A stretch of DNA of 64,000 bases from Vicugna vicugna. Its lineage: Eukaryota. Made by a program: the position numbers and the translations under genes. The notes below the pieces were generated by a model. The model was not told the DNA's origin. It did no database searches and saw only the letters and a program-made list of their open reading frames with translations. This document shows positions 39,087 to 51,880 of the stretch, piece after piece; position 1 is the stretch's first letter, and every line of letters starts with the position of its first letter. The stretch lies in the NCBI GenBank assembly GCA_013265495.1, contig MU058788.1, positions 62,001-126,000 on the forward strand. The letters are read 5' to 3'.

Positions 39087-39359
39087 GGGCAGGTTTTTCA
39101 AATTGTTAAGTCTCAACCCACTAAGTAGATGGTGGAGCTAACTTAGGAGGCCAGCATCAGTATTTAAAAGAAAAAATAAACAGGAGAGAGGAGATATTAG
39201 CACATCGTACACAGTAAAGAGGGTGGTATTACATGAAGCTCACTGCTTACACGTGTGTGCGTGTGTGTGTATTACACATATTTATTACATGAGTTGTGTG
39301 CTGCTCTACATCAAATCTATTTCTTACTGGGGCAAAAAAAAAAGTTTAAAAGTTTAAAA
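39087..39359. mobile_element. MER103-like hAT-Charlie non-autonomous DNA transposon
   Basis: 'caggtttttcaaattg...caacccact', 'catcgtacacagtaaag', an internal TG run, and 'tatttcttactg...aaaaaagtttaaaa' follow the MER103 layout as I recall it. Right end runs into the gap. Confidence 0.6.
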
Positions 39360-39511
39360 NNNNNNNNNNNNNNNNNNNNNNNNNNNNNNNNNNNNNNNNN
39401 NNNNNNNNNNNNNNNNNNNNNNNNNNNNNNNNNNNNNNNNNNNNNNNNNNNNNNNNNNNNNNNNNNNNNNNNNNNNNNNNNNNNNNNNNNNNNNNNNNNN
39501 NNNNNNNNNNN
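39360..39511. other. Assembly gap (152 N)
   Basis: N run. Confidence 1.
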
Positions 39512-40084
39512 GGTGATCTGGCTGATGACACGACCTCTTGGTGGTGTGTGACAGGTGTCGCACTCCTCTCCACCCTTGGTCTGCCCTGCAGACGGCCCCC
39601 CGACACCCCGCCTGTCTTCACGGGGCAGCGCCTGTGTTCTGCCCTCCTGGCCGCCCTGCACGACTCTCCTGACCCCTGGCTCCCGGGTCCGCTTGCAGGA
39701 GGGCGCCTGGCCCGTCTTCCTTGAGTCTCAGGCTCCGGCTTCCTTCCCCGTTAACCTGTTCTGTTCCCTTCTTCTGGGCTCTGGTTTCGGGAAAATCACT
39801 CCTATCTCCTTGTGCCTTAGGTTTTTGGGGCCACCACTGAGTACAACTTCATACTTGACTAAATGCACTCATTCCTTTTATATATATTTAAATGAGATAA
39901 AATTAAATGAGCTAATGAAACCAAATACACCTGGTCACATGCCTGGGACTCGGTAGATAGTCCCTGATTGTCAGTTCTGTTTTTCTTACATGTGAGTATA
40001 TTTCTGTAGTCAGGTTACAACCACAGACGCTCTGAAGTCAGCCAGTTATGGGGGCTCATCCTTACACGTTTTAAAGGTCTCCGT

Positions 40085-40225
40085 TCCTCTTTCTTTCTTT
40101 CTTTCTTTCTTTCTCTTCCTTTCTTTCTCTTTCTTTCTTTTCTTTTTCTTTCTTTTCTTTCTCTCTCTCCCTCCCTCCCTCTCTCCTTCCCTCCCTCCTT
40201 CCCTCCCTCCCTCCTTCCTTCTCCC
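40085..40225. repeat. Polypyrimidine compound microsatellite (TTTC)n/(TCCC)n
   Basis: About 140 bp composed only of C and T on the plus strand. Confidence 0.95.
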
Positions 40226-41258
40226 CGGGTACATTTTGATTCCCAGTGTGTGTTAGGGAAAGAAAGGAAAAAAATCCCCAAATCCTTTCTGCGTAGAAAC
40301 AAGCGTCACAGTGACCTTGGTGTTAATTTACCCGGTCCTTTCAAAAAACAATCCGCTGAGATCGTCCAGTTGTGTCTGAGGACGCCTTCTAATTCATCAG
40401 TCATCAGCCCCCCGGTGCCCTCCCGGGCCTCCCCCTCCCCTGCTGTCTTTTCACAACTCCAGCCCAAAGGTCTCAGTTGTGAAAAGTTTCTTTTGTGGGA
40501 CCCAGTGAGCTCAGCCGTCTGGCCATGGTCCTCTCCCTACTCCCGGGAGATGGATTACAGCCTTTGTCCTCGCTGCCCGGCCCCCCTGGCTCGCCAGCAG
40601 CAGCGGGGGGCCCGGGGCCTCCAGCCGGGGGCCCTTCGCATTCACTGGCTTTCCTTCACAGGGGCTGGTGGAGTCGATACGTTCGTAAAAGCCACTGGTG
40701 CCCAGGCCCACTTCCCAGCTTTCATGCAGATTTATCATGTGGGCCTGTCTGCCTGGGTGTCTATCTTATAAAGACTCAGAAATGGTTTCTCTTTTCACCC
40801 ATTATTTAGAGAGAACAATACGTCTCTGTCAGATTAGCTTTTTGGAGGCTTGGAGCCTTTTGAAAAGCGCTTGCGTAATCAGAGCGTCTGTTGAGCTGAG
40901 ACGCCCGAGAGCGTACCCAGTGGGCACCGAGGGTGTGTATGTTGTATGTTTGAAAATTTGACTGTTCGGTCCCATCAGAAACCAGGCTGCCACACCCTGT
41001 GCTTGGAGCCAAGATGCGACTCAGAGGCACACTGTGGGTGATCACATTTTCCTCTGGGGGGGGACACTTCCTTAATGGAGAAGGACCATGGGCGCATCTG
41101 CACACGAGCCGCTCCACCTTTCCCTGGAACAGTCTTCAGTCAGGTGGTCGTGAACAGATAGCACCCGTCACCGGGAAAGCCAGAGGCTGAGCGCGAGGTG
41201 TCCCGGCCCTTCTGTCGTGTGCTCTGTCCCTGCTGCGAAATCTCTGGGGCAGCGAGAG

Positions 41259-41828
41259 TGTTGTCGGTGTCCTTCCAAAATACACAGGTGTGGGAGACCT
41301 ACCCCCAGTACCTCAGAACGTGACCTCATTTGGAGGCAGGGTCTTTACAGGGATGATCATGTTAAAATGAGGTCACTGGGGGGATGGAGTATAGCTCAGT
41401 GGTGGAGGGCACGCTCAGCTCGCACAGGGTCCTGGGTTCAGTCCCCGGCACCTCCTTTAAGATAAATAAATAAACCTAGTTACCTCCCCCCGCCAAAAAA
41501 AAAAATGAGGCAAAAACATAAATTGAAAAAGAAGAAAAATGAGGTCATTAGGGTGGGCTCGAATCCGATATGACTGGTGCCTTATAAAAAGGGGACTTTG
41601 GACCCAGATACAGACACACGGGGAGACCACGTGAAGACACGGTGGGGAGAGGGCCGCCAGCAAGCCACAGAGAGGGCCTGGGGCTGACCCTTCCTCGCGC
41701 CTTCAGAGGGAGCGTGGCGCTGCCCGCACCTTGACTCGGGGTTTCTCTTCTCCAGAACCAAGATGATAAACTTCTGTGGTTTAAGCCGCCCAGGCTGCGC
41801 TGTCACGGCGGCCCAGCAAACTCACTCA
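41259..41828 (+). mobile_element. MaLR solo LTR (MLT1B/C-like) interrupted by a SINE
   Basis: 'cccagtacctcagaacgtgacctcatttgga', 'aaaatgaggtcattagggtgggc', 'atgactggtgccttataaaaagggga', 'ataaacttctgtggtttaagccgccca'. Confidence 0.85.
41378..41535 (+). mobile_element. tRNA-derived SINE (Vic-1-like) nested in MLT1
   Basis: A-box 'tagctcagtgg', B-box 'ggttcagtccc'. 14-bp TSD aaaatgaggtca(c/t)t at 41364-41377 and 41536-41549. Confidence 0.92.
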
Positions 41829-44110
41829 GGTGCTGTTTGTCAGTTTATTATGAATTGACTTTATCGAAGGTTTTAGCGCTTGGCGTGCTGCTCCAAGACC
41901 CCTCACTGCTGTGGTATTTAATCACTAGTACCTGAAAGACTTTCTGTGGCCTCGCAGGGTCTGTGCCAGGTGGGGCCTAGTTTGGGGCTTTTCTTTGCGC
42001 TTGCATCAGGAGCCTCCCCATAGGGCCGGCCCTCCGCCCAGTCCTCCTGAGCGCGCACTTCAGTGCAGGTGTGAGCCTTCCCCAGGTCCGTGCCTTCCCT
42101 CCTGTCTGAGAGGGTCACTCTGCCCGACATCTATAGAGCAAAAAGCAGAGGGCAGCCCCCAACGGGCTCTGCTTGAGGGCGCTGGAAGCCACGCGTGCTG
42201 AGCTGGGCTGTCCCCGTCTCTCCCCATCTCTCCTGCTGCCTCTGTCTCTCTGTGGTCCCTGGAGCTGGACCTCGCCCACCTCCCTGGCCTCCTGGAGAGC
42301 AGACTTTCTTGGCCTTCCTGATCACAGCTCACCTCTTCCTCCCGGTCAGGGCTCCAGCTGGGCTGTCCGTGAACAGATCGTTGAAATTCAACTCAACCAG
42401 GAACCTTTTTAGACCAGCCAGTAATTCAGAAATGTGAGATAAAATCTTAGCTTATTCCAGGACCTTCGAAAACAGATCAGGACTTGGGCTGTGTGGGGCA
42501 GGTCCTCAAGCTCCCGTCCTCCCCACTGTTGGAGGGGGCGTAGGGATGTGGGGGATTATGGCCAAACAGGATCTCGTTCCCGGGGCTGGTCGGGACAGCG
42601 CAGGCTCAGCACGGGCAGAGCCAGGCTGGGTGGGCCTGAAGCTTTTGTGACCCGAACACCGTCTCTAAGAGAGAGATCATAAACCCAAAACTGGGTTCCC
42701 ACATGAGCAGCCAGATCAAGGAGCTCCGAGCTGGGGGTCTCCCAGCCTGAGTCGGGGAGAGAGCTGGTTGAGGGAGACGGAAATTGGATGAGGGACCAGG
42801 TCCAGGGAGGCCTGAGGGCTGCGGGGAGACTCAGCCCCGGCGTGCAAATGGTCGTAGAGTTCTGAGTGGAGGGTGAGAGTGCTTCTGCAAAGCAGCAGGT
42901 TCCAGAGTGGCTTGCAGCCAAGAGAGGAGGGAACCGTTGAGTCAGTTCAGGGAAAACCACGGATCCAGGCCATGGACTGGGGTGCACTGGCCTGTGAGGG
43001 TGGCCAGAGGGGTCTCAGGGGGAACCATGCTAACACCTGCAGGCTGTGGCTGAGACGGGGCAGGAGGGGAGGGTGGAGGTAAAGGTGCCTGGGGGCTCCT
43101 GGGGGTCACGATGAAGAGGATGAGGCTTTTTTTCTCTGAGGTGTGGGGGCTGTGTGCGGGACATCGATTTGAAGTGTTGACCAGAGCAGCAGGTTGGCCT
43201 TGCCTCGGAGTGCTGGTGATGTGAGGCTGGGGTTTGGAGAGGGTGAGGAATGGAGTCTGCAGAGGTGGGTACATGGCAAGGCCCTGGCTCCTGGACCCTG
43301 GGGTGAAGAGTGACCTGTGGGGACCCGCATGACAGGGCTGCGGTGGGGCTGCTTTCCAGCGCCTTCCAGGGACAGGGCTGAGGCTGGTGTTATCAGGACC
43401 CAGCTGGTGTTAGCACCAGGACAAGGAGTCTCCTTGTCCCCGGGAGGTTGTTAATTGGTTAGTTAACTCTTGTGTTTCTTTCGCCTTCAGTGTTTGTTTC
43501 CTAAAATCATGAGTCTTCCCTTGTGATATCAACAGCTGTTTGCACCCTGCTTCCTGGACACAGGGCATTTGTGATCACTTGTCGAGGTTGGGGGGCTTTA
43601 CCCTGTCCCATAACCTGCCACACTGCCTGCAACTCCGCTGCCCTGAGTGACGCCCCGGCAGGGCGTGCAGCCCAGGGGGCGTGGCAGACAGGTGGGGGCC
43701 TCTGCTTTTCACAGCACGGGCTTTTCAGAGCCCTTGACCTCCACTCGCTCTTCACGTGCTCTGATCCATTTCAGTGCCTGAAACACACAAGACGACGAAG
43801 CAGTGTTGAGGAGACAGGTGCTCTGGCCCCAAGGAGCTAAGCGGACTGTTCGGGAGACAAGGGGCACGGGTTACTTTGAGACTGCTTGGGTTCTCTATCT
43901 AGAGATGAATGGGAGAGTTAGGGAGCTGACCCAAGTGCAACAGAAGGCAGGTGAGACAGGGCTGTACTATGACTGGTCTGCAGAACCGATCACACAGGAG
44001 GGAAGGTGTGAGCCGGGGCCTGAGAGAGTGTGGAGACTCCGTGACTGAGTAAATAAGGTCGTCCCGGCCATGAATTTTGTAGTCATTTGACCCTGGATCA
44101 AGCACTCACT

Positions 44111-44279
44111 AGGGGAGGGTATAGCTCAGTGGTGGAGCACATGCTTAGCACATGTGAGGGCCTGGGTTCAACCCCCAGTAAACCATTAAAAATAATAATA
44201 ACAGTAATTCCATTTACCTATCCATTTTTTTTTGCGATGGAAGTAAATGTTTAAAAGAATAAATAAAATTTTAAAATAA
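44111..44279 (+). mobile_element. tRNA-derived SINE (Vic-1-like)
   Basis: 'ggggagggtatagctcagtgg...ggttcaacccccagt'. TSD aagcact(c/t)act at 44100-44110 and 44280-44290. Confidence 0.92.
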
Positions 44280-44384
44280 AAGCACTTACTGTGTAGAGTT
44301 AAAATGAGCATTAATTGAGCTGCATGTTACTCACGGAGCGTGGTACTTGGTACATAGTAAGTATAATTGCAGCAAATAAGAGAA

Positions 44385-45300
44385 CTTCATTATGTCACTC
44401 TATGCCAATTAGGATAACTTCACACAAAACCAAAAATGGTGACACCACGTATGGTGAGGGTTAGGGCAGTCAGAACTCTCACACGGTGCTGGTGGGAAGG
44501 CAACAGGAGGACCAGTTTGGAAAACAGACTGGCAGTTCCTACAGAGTTAATTTAAACACATGCTCCTGTGTGCCACCCACCCTCGCCCCCAACAATGCCT
44601 CTTAGGTATGTATCTGAAGGAAATGGACATGTATGTGCTCACAGAATTCACAAGACTTTATTCATATTTGGCCTGAACTGGAAACTCCTCAGCCACCCCT
44701 CTGGGGAGTGGACGAAGCAGCCGGGGATGCCCGGAGAGGAGACGTGGCTTGTGCAGCTATCAGCGCCCTACACAGGGGAGCGAGCTCGGACAGCCCACGT
44801 GGTCACGGATCTCAGTGCAGCCTGTGAGCCAAGGAAGCAGGGGCCAAAGGTCACACCCTGCAGGACTCCATTTGGGTGACGTTCTAGAAAAGGCAGAGCT
44901 AGAGAGACCCAGCGCAGATCGGGGTTGCCGGGGGCGGGGGTGACGGTGCACAGGGGAGTCTTGCTCGTGGTGGTGGTGGTTACAGGACTGTGAACAGTTG
45001 TCAGAACTCCCTGCGTATGCAAGAGTAATTTTTAGTGCGAGTTTTACTATATGCATATATTTTAAAAAATTTTTATTGAAGTATAGTCAGTTACAGTGTG
45101 TCAATTTCTGGTGTGCAGCATCATGTTTCAGTCATACGTGTGCATACATATATTCCTTTCCATATTCTTTTTTCATAATGGGTGACTACAAGATACTGAA
45201 TATAATTTCTTGGGCTCTACAGTATAAACTTGTTTATTTTATATGTAGTAGTTAATATTTGCAAATCTCAAACTGCATGTATACCTTATTTAAAAAAAGA
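44385..45300 (+). mobile_element. Ancient L1M 3' fragment (ORF2 end and 3' UTR)
   Basis: 'gaactctcacacggtgctggtgggaa', 'tttggaaaacagactggcagtt', 'aactggaaac', 'ttctagaaaaggcaga'. Interrupted by a younger L1 tail. Confidence 0.7.
45061..45273 (-). mobile_element. Young 5'-truncated L1 3' end
   Basis: 'ttttattgaagtatagtcagttaca...tgcaaatctcaaac'. TSD tgcat(a/g)tat at 45052-45060 and 45274-45282. Confidence 0.9.
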
Positions 45301-46524
45301 AAGGTGATGAGACCAGCTGAGGAAGTGAGATGTCCTGCCGTGCACAGAGAATCTGCTGGAACAGGCCGGAATTCAGTAGTCTGGGATCAGTACGAAATCA
45401 GCCTGAGGGGTGGGGGTGGAGTCTGGCTGCAGGGGCCTTGAAGGAGTGTTTGTTCCTGATGGGATGGAAGACGGTGAGCCCTCGGGACCACCCGGCAGTA
45501 GGGGGCAGGGTAAGGGGTGGCTTTTGTGTCGTGCAGGGTCGGAGAAGATCCCAGCCAGGGGCCCGCGCATTTCTGCAGCACGTGGACGAGGCCTGAGCAC
45601 CGTATATTGCTGGGGCTGCAGAGGGGCCCGAGGCCGTTGCCAACGTGGGCGCCCTTCCTTAGTGACGGGAATGGAGCCATGAAGTCACCAACTTTTGGGG
45701 GGAAAAAATGCCAAAAATAGGAGTGCAGGGTAGGCTGGCTGAGACACGCTGCCGGACTCTGGACCGGGGGATGGTCTGCAAAATTTTCAGCCAGGGAGCC
45801 GACGTGGCCAGCTGGGGCCACCGAGCTTGAGCCACCTCACCGGACAGACAGCCTGGCCTCTGGTGAGGGCTCCTGTAAACAAGTCCGGCTGTGAAGCCGC
45901 AGGCTGGGGGCCCGTTCCTCCCTCTCCCCCGGGAGCTCGTGTCCGCCACCCTCATCACTGGGGTTTTGAGCCCTTCGCCTCCCCGCTGGTTGGGTGAGTG
46001 CTGTCTGCAAGGCTTCGTTCCTCCACACGGATTTGTGAATAACTGGCACCAGAGAGAACTGAGCTTTGCAGGTGGTGGTGTGAGCACGCCCCAGCCCCGT
46101 GCCGGTCCGATCTCCTAGCCTGGGCAGCAGTTTGCTTCTCCTTCCACTGAATGTTTGCAGTAGGTGAAGGGGCACGTTCCCTGTGTCTGGCGAGGCTGCT
46201 GACGCTGCTTTTAGAGCAGCTTTGGGGAAAGCACGCTCTTTGACCTGTGGTGTGTAAACATCGCTTTGCCGCCCAGCCCGCACCCTGGGCTGCCGCGGGT
46301 GCGATGCTGGATTTGCCTCGGGAACCGTCTCCTCTTCCTGCTTGCTCTTTCGCCCACGTCTCATGACCTCTCGCATTTGCACATGACGCCAGAGCCTTCT
46401 GTTGCTTTTCTCTCAAAATGCTCAGTGCTCTCTTCAGTTTATTAGGAAAATCTCAAGAAAGGAGACATTGCAGTGTGAGGCCAGGGTCCAACAGAGAATT
46501 TCATCCGTTTATTAAAAAAAAGTT

Positions 46525-46716
46525 TTTTTGATCAAATTGTAGTTGACTTACAATGTTAGTTTCAGGGGTACAGCAAGATGATTCAGTTATACACATACAT
46601 TTATGTGTATTTTCTTGTCAGATTCTTTTCCATTATACGTTAGTACAAGAAATTGAATATAGTTCCCTGTGCTGTACGGTGGGTCCTTGCTTGTTTTATA
46701 TATGGTAACGTGTGTC
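46525..46716 (-). mobile_element. 5'-truncated L1 3' end
   Basis: 'tagttgacttacaatgtt...ttgaatatagttccctgtgctgtac' matches the other L1 tails in the window. Confidence 0.88.
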
Positions 46717-46845
46717 TTTTTAAAAAAAATATGCTTTATTTTATTTTGTTGTTTAATGGCGGTACTGGGGATTGAACCCAGGGTCAGAATCATGCATGTT
46801 AAGCATGTGCTTCACCACTGAGCTATTTCCCTCCCCCTCAGCTCC
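46717..46845 (-). mobile_element. tRNA-derived SINE (Vic-1-like)
   Basis: Reverse-complement B-box 'gggattgaacc' and A-box 'ccactgagcta'. Flanked by gtgtcttt on both sides. Confidence 0.9.
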
Positions 46846-48204
46846 GTGTCTTTATTTGGGTCCCTGCTTTGCATTTTGGCCTGGCCTGAGGAAAACACTG
46901 AAAACTAGTCTAGTTTGGGACCAGATATGCCAGACTGTTCTCAGCCGGGGGTGGGCAGGGGACAGTTGCTTTGCTCGTGTTGGGCCCTAGGGCTCCACAC
47001 TGCGCAGGACCACACGCAGAGTGTGCGGGGGACCCTTGGGGTGTGCCACGGCCTCAAGGTGCCGGATCGCCCAGGGCCACCTTGGCTGTGACCGGGCGGG
47101 CCGCGCCGCTGCCCCGCGGTGAGGACTGTGTGGTGGGGAGGCTGTCTCTGGTGGAGCAGGGCCAGCTGAGTGCTGGTCGGTGCCAGAGAAACAGAGTGTT
47201 CCCACCTCATGCAGACTGGCCACCCCTGGCCATGGTGGCCCCCTCTCTCTTCTACTCCCCTTCTTCCTGGGGACCCGTGGGACCAAGATGCCTCCGGGAA
47301 CCGGATCCTGGGTGGTGCTAGCTCTCCCAGGCCCCTGGCTGAGCCCTGTTTGCCAGCAGAGTTTGGTCCGGGCCTGGAAGAGTTGGCTGGCCTGCCTTCC
47401 ATGTTTGCCTTTTGACCTAGAATGATGCTGAGTTTGGCAGGGAGGCCCGCAAGGGTGTGTTCTCAATCCAGGAGCTGCCCTGCCCACATGGCTCCTCCTG
47501 GCCCCTGGGCCAGTGTCCTGAGTCTCTGCTCACTCACCAGACTTTCACCTCTTTTTTTTCTAGGATGACCATGGTCATCTCCTGAGAGCCCTCCTCCCTT
47601 CCTCCCTCCTACGACTTCTCCAACTCGTCTTCCATACCACGGTGGACTGATCCGCTTGCAAGCTGTTACGCTGGTACTGATCACAATACTCATGTTATTG
47701 AACATGTGGTATGTCAGGCACTATACCAAGAGCTGACAGAAGTCCTACGTGGTGGCCACTAACTGCTGTCCCCAGGGAGGGTACAGGTGTGGCCCAGATC
47801 ACACACCACACCTTGTGCCCACCACGTCTCTGGCCTGTCCCCGTGTAAAAGGACCTAGCCCATCGTAAACATTCCAGAAAACAGTCTATCATTTAAATAT
47901 ATTGAGTTGCACCAGAGATGGCTTCTAAACCCCAAAGGCTCCTCTAGCCCTGCTGGGACACAGGCCCCCTCAGATCCTTTTTACATTTCCCGTGGGGGGT
48001 GTAATATTCAAAATAATATTTAAAATGCAGGCTGTTGCTCAAACCGTGCGGACAGTCCTGGTTTTGCTCCAAGCAGAATCTTCTGACTGAATTTCCTTTC
48101 CATGTCATACCCCCAAGGTTTTTATGGGCAACAGCCGTATTTGGTCGGCTTTCCGATGCCTGTCAGTGGTTATTGAAGGATTCCTGTATTACTTCGTTCT
48201 GCAT

Positions 48205-48690
48205 CCTTGTCTCAGTTTTCTGGTCTGCCTTGCAGAGCACCCTGAACACAGTGGCCTGGAGCAGGAGTCATTTACGACTTCTCGCAATGCGGAGGGCTGG
48301 CTGGACAGTTCTTTGCTGGTCTCCCCAAGGCTTACGTGTGTCCCTGCAGTCAGGTGACCGCTGAGTCGGCTGTTTGGTCCAAGATGACCTCGATCACAGG
48401 TCCCAACAGTATTGCTGGCTGTTGCCTGGGGCGCCTCTGCTCCCCGGGTGGCCTCGTAAGTCTGGTGGCCTAGGCCAGCTTCCTTGCACACAGTGGTCTC
48501 CGGGCTGCATTCTGAGAGGGCAGCCCAGTGCACAGGCGCCTGCAGGCCCCTCCTTGCCTCGTGGTTGCCGACATCCACTCGGCCAAAGCAAGTCACAGGG
48601 CCGTGTCCAGAGTCCACGAGGGCCAGGGCCCGCGACTCCAGCTCCCTGCGGAAGGAGCAGCAAAGAAATGCAGCCGTTTTAAATCCACTG
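48205..48690 (-). mobile_element. Old MaLR LTR (MLT1H/J-like)
   Basis: 'ggtccaagatgacctc', 'tgctggctgttg', 'ggccaaagcaagtcacagggcc'. Highly diverged. Confidence 0.6.
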
Positions 48691-49585
48691 TCATCCTTTA
48701 CTCCACGTCCTTTCTTCCCATGACAGGTTTCAGGACTTCCCACCGGAGATCCAGTCCCTGATGTTACGGTACTAATGGCTTGACCTGGATGACGGGAACG
48801 TGGCTAGTTGAGGCCTGGCCTTCAGAGTCTGGTCTGAACTGGGATTCTTGCTTAATCGTGTCTTTTTTGCCTTTGGCAGGTCCCTTGCCCATCACTGGCT
48901 CTTGTTACATCTTGTTTCTTCTTCCTGTTACTTTTACTTCTGTCTCCGGGAGGCCGGGTTAAAATTCCAGTCGACCGCAGCATTTTTGCTTCCGCATTTC
49001 CTCAACCTTGATGCTCTGTTTCTTTTGCGTTTCTACTTAGTTCTTTTGTTTTAAGCTACCGAATCCCTCTTGGAAGAATAAGGGGTATAAACGTTCGGGA
49101 AGGCTCAAACGAGCAAAATTGCTTTAAAAATAAATCCTGGCGCCCCCAGTTCACTGGTTCTGCCGGGAAGGCTCAGGGTTCCCGCGCTGTTGTGCACGTG
49201 TGCTTGTGTGCACGTGAGTCAAAGTGAGCTCGGTGCTCCGCTTGGTTTGCCTCAGGCCGGCTTTGCTGTGTTTCACAGTGGTGGAAGGCCGACCGACTTC
49301 CTGATACGTTCCTGCTGGTGCTTAACTAGTCTGGTCCAGCACATCCTCAAGGTGCTAGGATGAGGCTCTTATGTCTGAACACCTACTGTGTTCAGAGTAT
49401 TCCATCTATTTCTTTAATCCTCTCAAAATCTGGCATTCTGCCTAATGCTGCCGAGAATTGGAGAGATTGATAATTTATAAAGTTCATGAACCTTTGGCTT
49501 ATAGAGAGTTAACACGTCAGCGTGCTCTTCGGAGCTCAACATTTAAAAATAACCATGTCAATAAAGGTGGTTACATTCTCAGACC

Positions 49586-49924
49586 TTTTTTGGGGGAGTT
49601 CTTTTTGCTCTCATTGAAGTAGAGTCAGTTTACAATGTTGTGTCAATTTCTGGTAAACAGAATAAAGTTTCGGTCATTCATATGCATACATATACTCGTT
49701 TTCATATTCTTTTTTTATTATGAGTGACTGCAGGATGTTGAATACAGTTCTCTGTGCTGTACAGTAGAAACTGGCTTATCTTGTAGTTTCAATAGTAAGA
49801 GATGTTCTGCTGGGGTTCAGTAGGTCTTTTGTGCAGGTTGTTCCGTATGTAGACGTAGGTTTTGTCATATCTGTGGGAGAGGGTGAGCACTGCGTCCTTC
49901 TCCGCCGCCGTCCGGGCAATCCAG
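49586..49924 (-). mobile_element. Composite mini-L1: L1 5'-terminal-like segment joined to an L1 3' end
   Basis: About 49602-49781 is L1 3' UTR terminus. About 49801-49912 resembles the first ~110 nt of a cetartiodactyl L1 5' UTR. tctcagac flanks both sides. Confidence 0.65.
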
Positions 49925-51369
49925 ACTCTCAGACTTCCCTGTGCAGCAGCGGTGAGCTGCAGGCACCACTTGGAACAAGCTCCATGGGGCTGGCGTATCT
50001 TGGTGGTGATTCCTGAGTTTCGCAGACTCTCCGGGTCTGCAGTGGGAAGAAGTCTTGTGACTGGTCGTTCAGAACTGTGGGATCTTAGGTAACTCAGGTG
50101 ATTTTCTGTGCTTTATTTTTCTCTGCTGGAGAATAGAGTACCTTATAACTTCTAAGGCTGTCGCGTGGCACAGGGGCTCATTTTCTATTGAGAACCTACT
50201 ATGTGCCAGACTAGCAGCGTCGTCGTCCATCACGTGTTACTGCGTCAAATTCTTGCAGCAGCTCCATGGGTAGAAATCATGATTCCTGTTGCTCTGAGAT
50301 CCAGGGCAGGAATCTGAATTTGCCTGCAAAGCCTGAGTTCCTTGCAGCCGGCCATCTTCACCCCCGCTTTCTCCTTAATAAACAAGACAAAGTGTGTGGG
50401 CAGGAAAAGCAACCTTTGGAAACAGGTGTTAGTGCAAGATCGTAATTGTCTGAAGTTGAATAAGAGAAGACAAGTGGAAGGGCGGTCTGTCCTCAGTGGG
50501 CTGGATACTTCAGGCAGGTGAGCGGGGTTTAGTTATTGTAACTACCCGGGAGGGCAGGGGCCCATCAGTCCAGCCCACAGCTGGCCTGGCATCGTGGACA
50601 GAGCGTGACTCTGGGTGAATCTGACCCGGCTGTGACCCTGGTGCCCCCCCCTGCCTCTTTGCTGCTTGCCCTTGATTCTGTCTCTTTGGCTCTCAGTTTT
50701 CTCATCTTAGAAATGGGACATCACTACTGTCCCCGAGGTTGCCGGGAAGAATGACAGGTACACACACGCAGCCGCTCTGCCGTTCCCCGCACACTGGGCG
50801 CTCCCGGGGGATGTCATTTCCACAGAGGGGGCGTCACTGTCATTGTCATTCCTGTCCCCCCATGTTCTGCGTCGAGTCGGGGATGGGCAGCCTGGGGAGA
50901 GAGTGTGCTGTGATTTCTCTGCACGTAGTTGCTGGTGAACTCAGCCCAAGGGACCAGCGTGCCCTTCAGTTTAGAAGATGAGTGCCAACCATGGCCACAA
51001 GCACAGGAGATCAACTTGGTCTTTTGCTGACCAGTTTCTTGGAAGAAACACTCAGCAGGCAAAGAGATGGACACAGAGGAGGTAGGCCTGTCAGAGCTGA
51101 ATGCGGGAGCGCCGAGCCCTGCTCAGGACAGCACACCCTCTCCGGGCCCTTTCTCCACTGCCAGGGGGAGGGGAGGCCTCCCTGGCTTCTGGGATGGTGC
51201 CTCCACCTCACACCTCAGAAGCAGGTGCAGCCTCACACCTGCGTCTAGAAGCGGCCCCTGTGGCACCTTGGACAGCGTTCTCGCCTCAGGCCAGGTGTGG
51301 GCCTCGTGCCCTCATGATGTGCAATGGTGCATGGGTTTGAACTTCCAACCTAAACACGTCTGTTAAAAT

Positions 51370-51880
51370 TTATTATTCGTGAAGGTAATTTAAACATGTG
51401 TCAGGAAGTTTGAGAAGTAGAGACAACACTCATCATTTTCCACTCTCAACACAGCCATTTTTCTTTTAGTGCATTTCATTCCAGACTAATCCATATGGAT
51501 ACTTTTTTTAATAGCTTGTTTTATTGTGTACATAAAATTTTGTCTCCTGCTTTTCCATTTGAAGTATTATATGCATTTTGCATATGGTTGTGTAAGCTTG
51601 GTCATTATAATTTTAATGGCTGCATAATATTCTTCCGAAGAGCTGTAATGTAATTTAACTAACCTCTCGTTGGTGAATATTTAAGTTTCTTCTTCTTTTT
51701 CTCTTATGAACAATGCTGCAACACCGATGTGTGGAATTTGTTCCTTAGTTTGGGTTAGTTCATGAGGATAAATTCACGGAAATGAAATTTTTCTGCCCTT
51801 TTAAAGGGTACGTGTCTTTCCCGTTCTTGGTACGTGGTGCCAGATTGCTTTCCAGTCAAGTTCAACCAATTTACAGTCTA
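51370..51880 (-). mobile_element. Ancient L1ME-like fragment
   Basis: AT-rich block with 'ttttaatggctgcataatattc', 'aacaatgctgcaa', 'tgccagattgctttcca...accaatttaca'. Confidence 0.6.

Noticed and set aside
32418..39661. ORFs containing X runs
   Set aside because: They are read through assembly gaps and are artefacts.
40015..40302. Highly charged K/R/E-rich ORFs
   Set aside because: They are translations of the (TTTC)/(TCCC) microsatellite.
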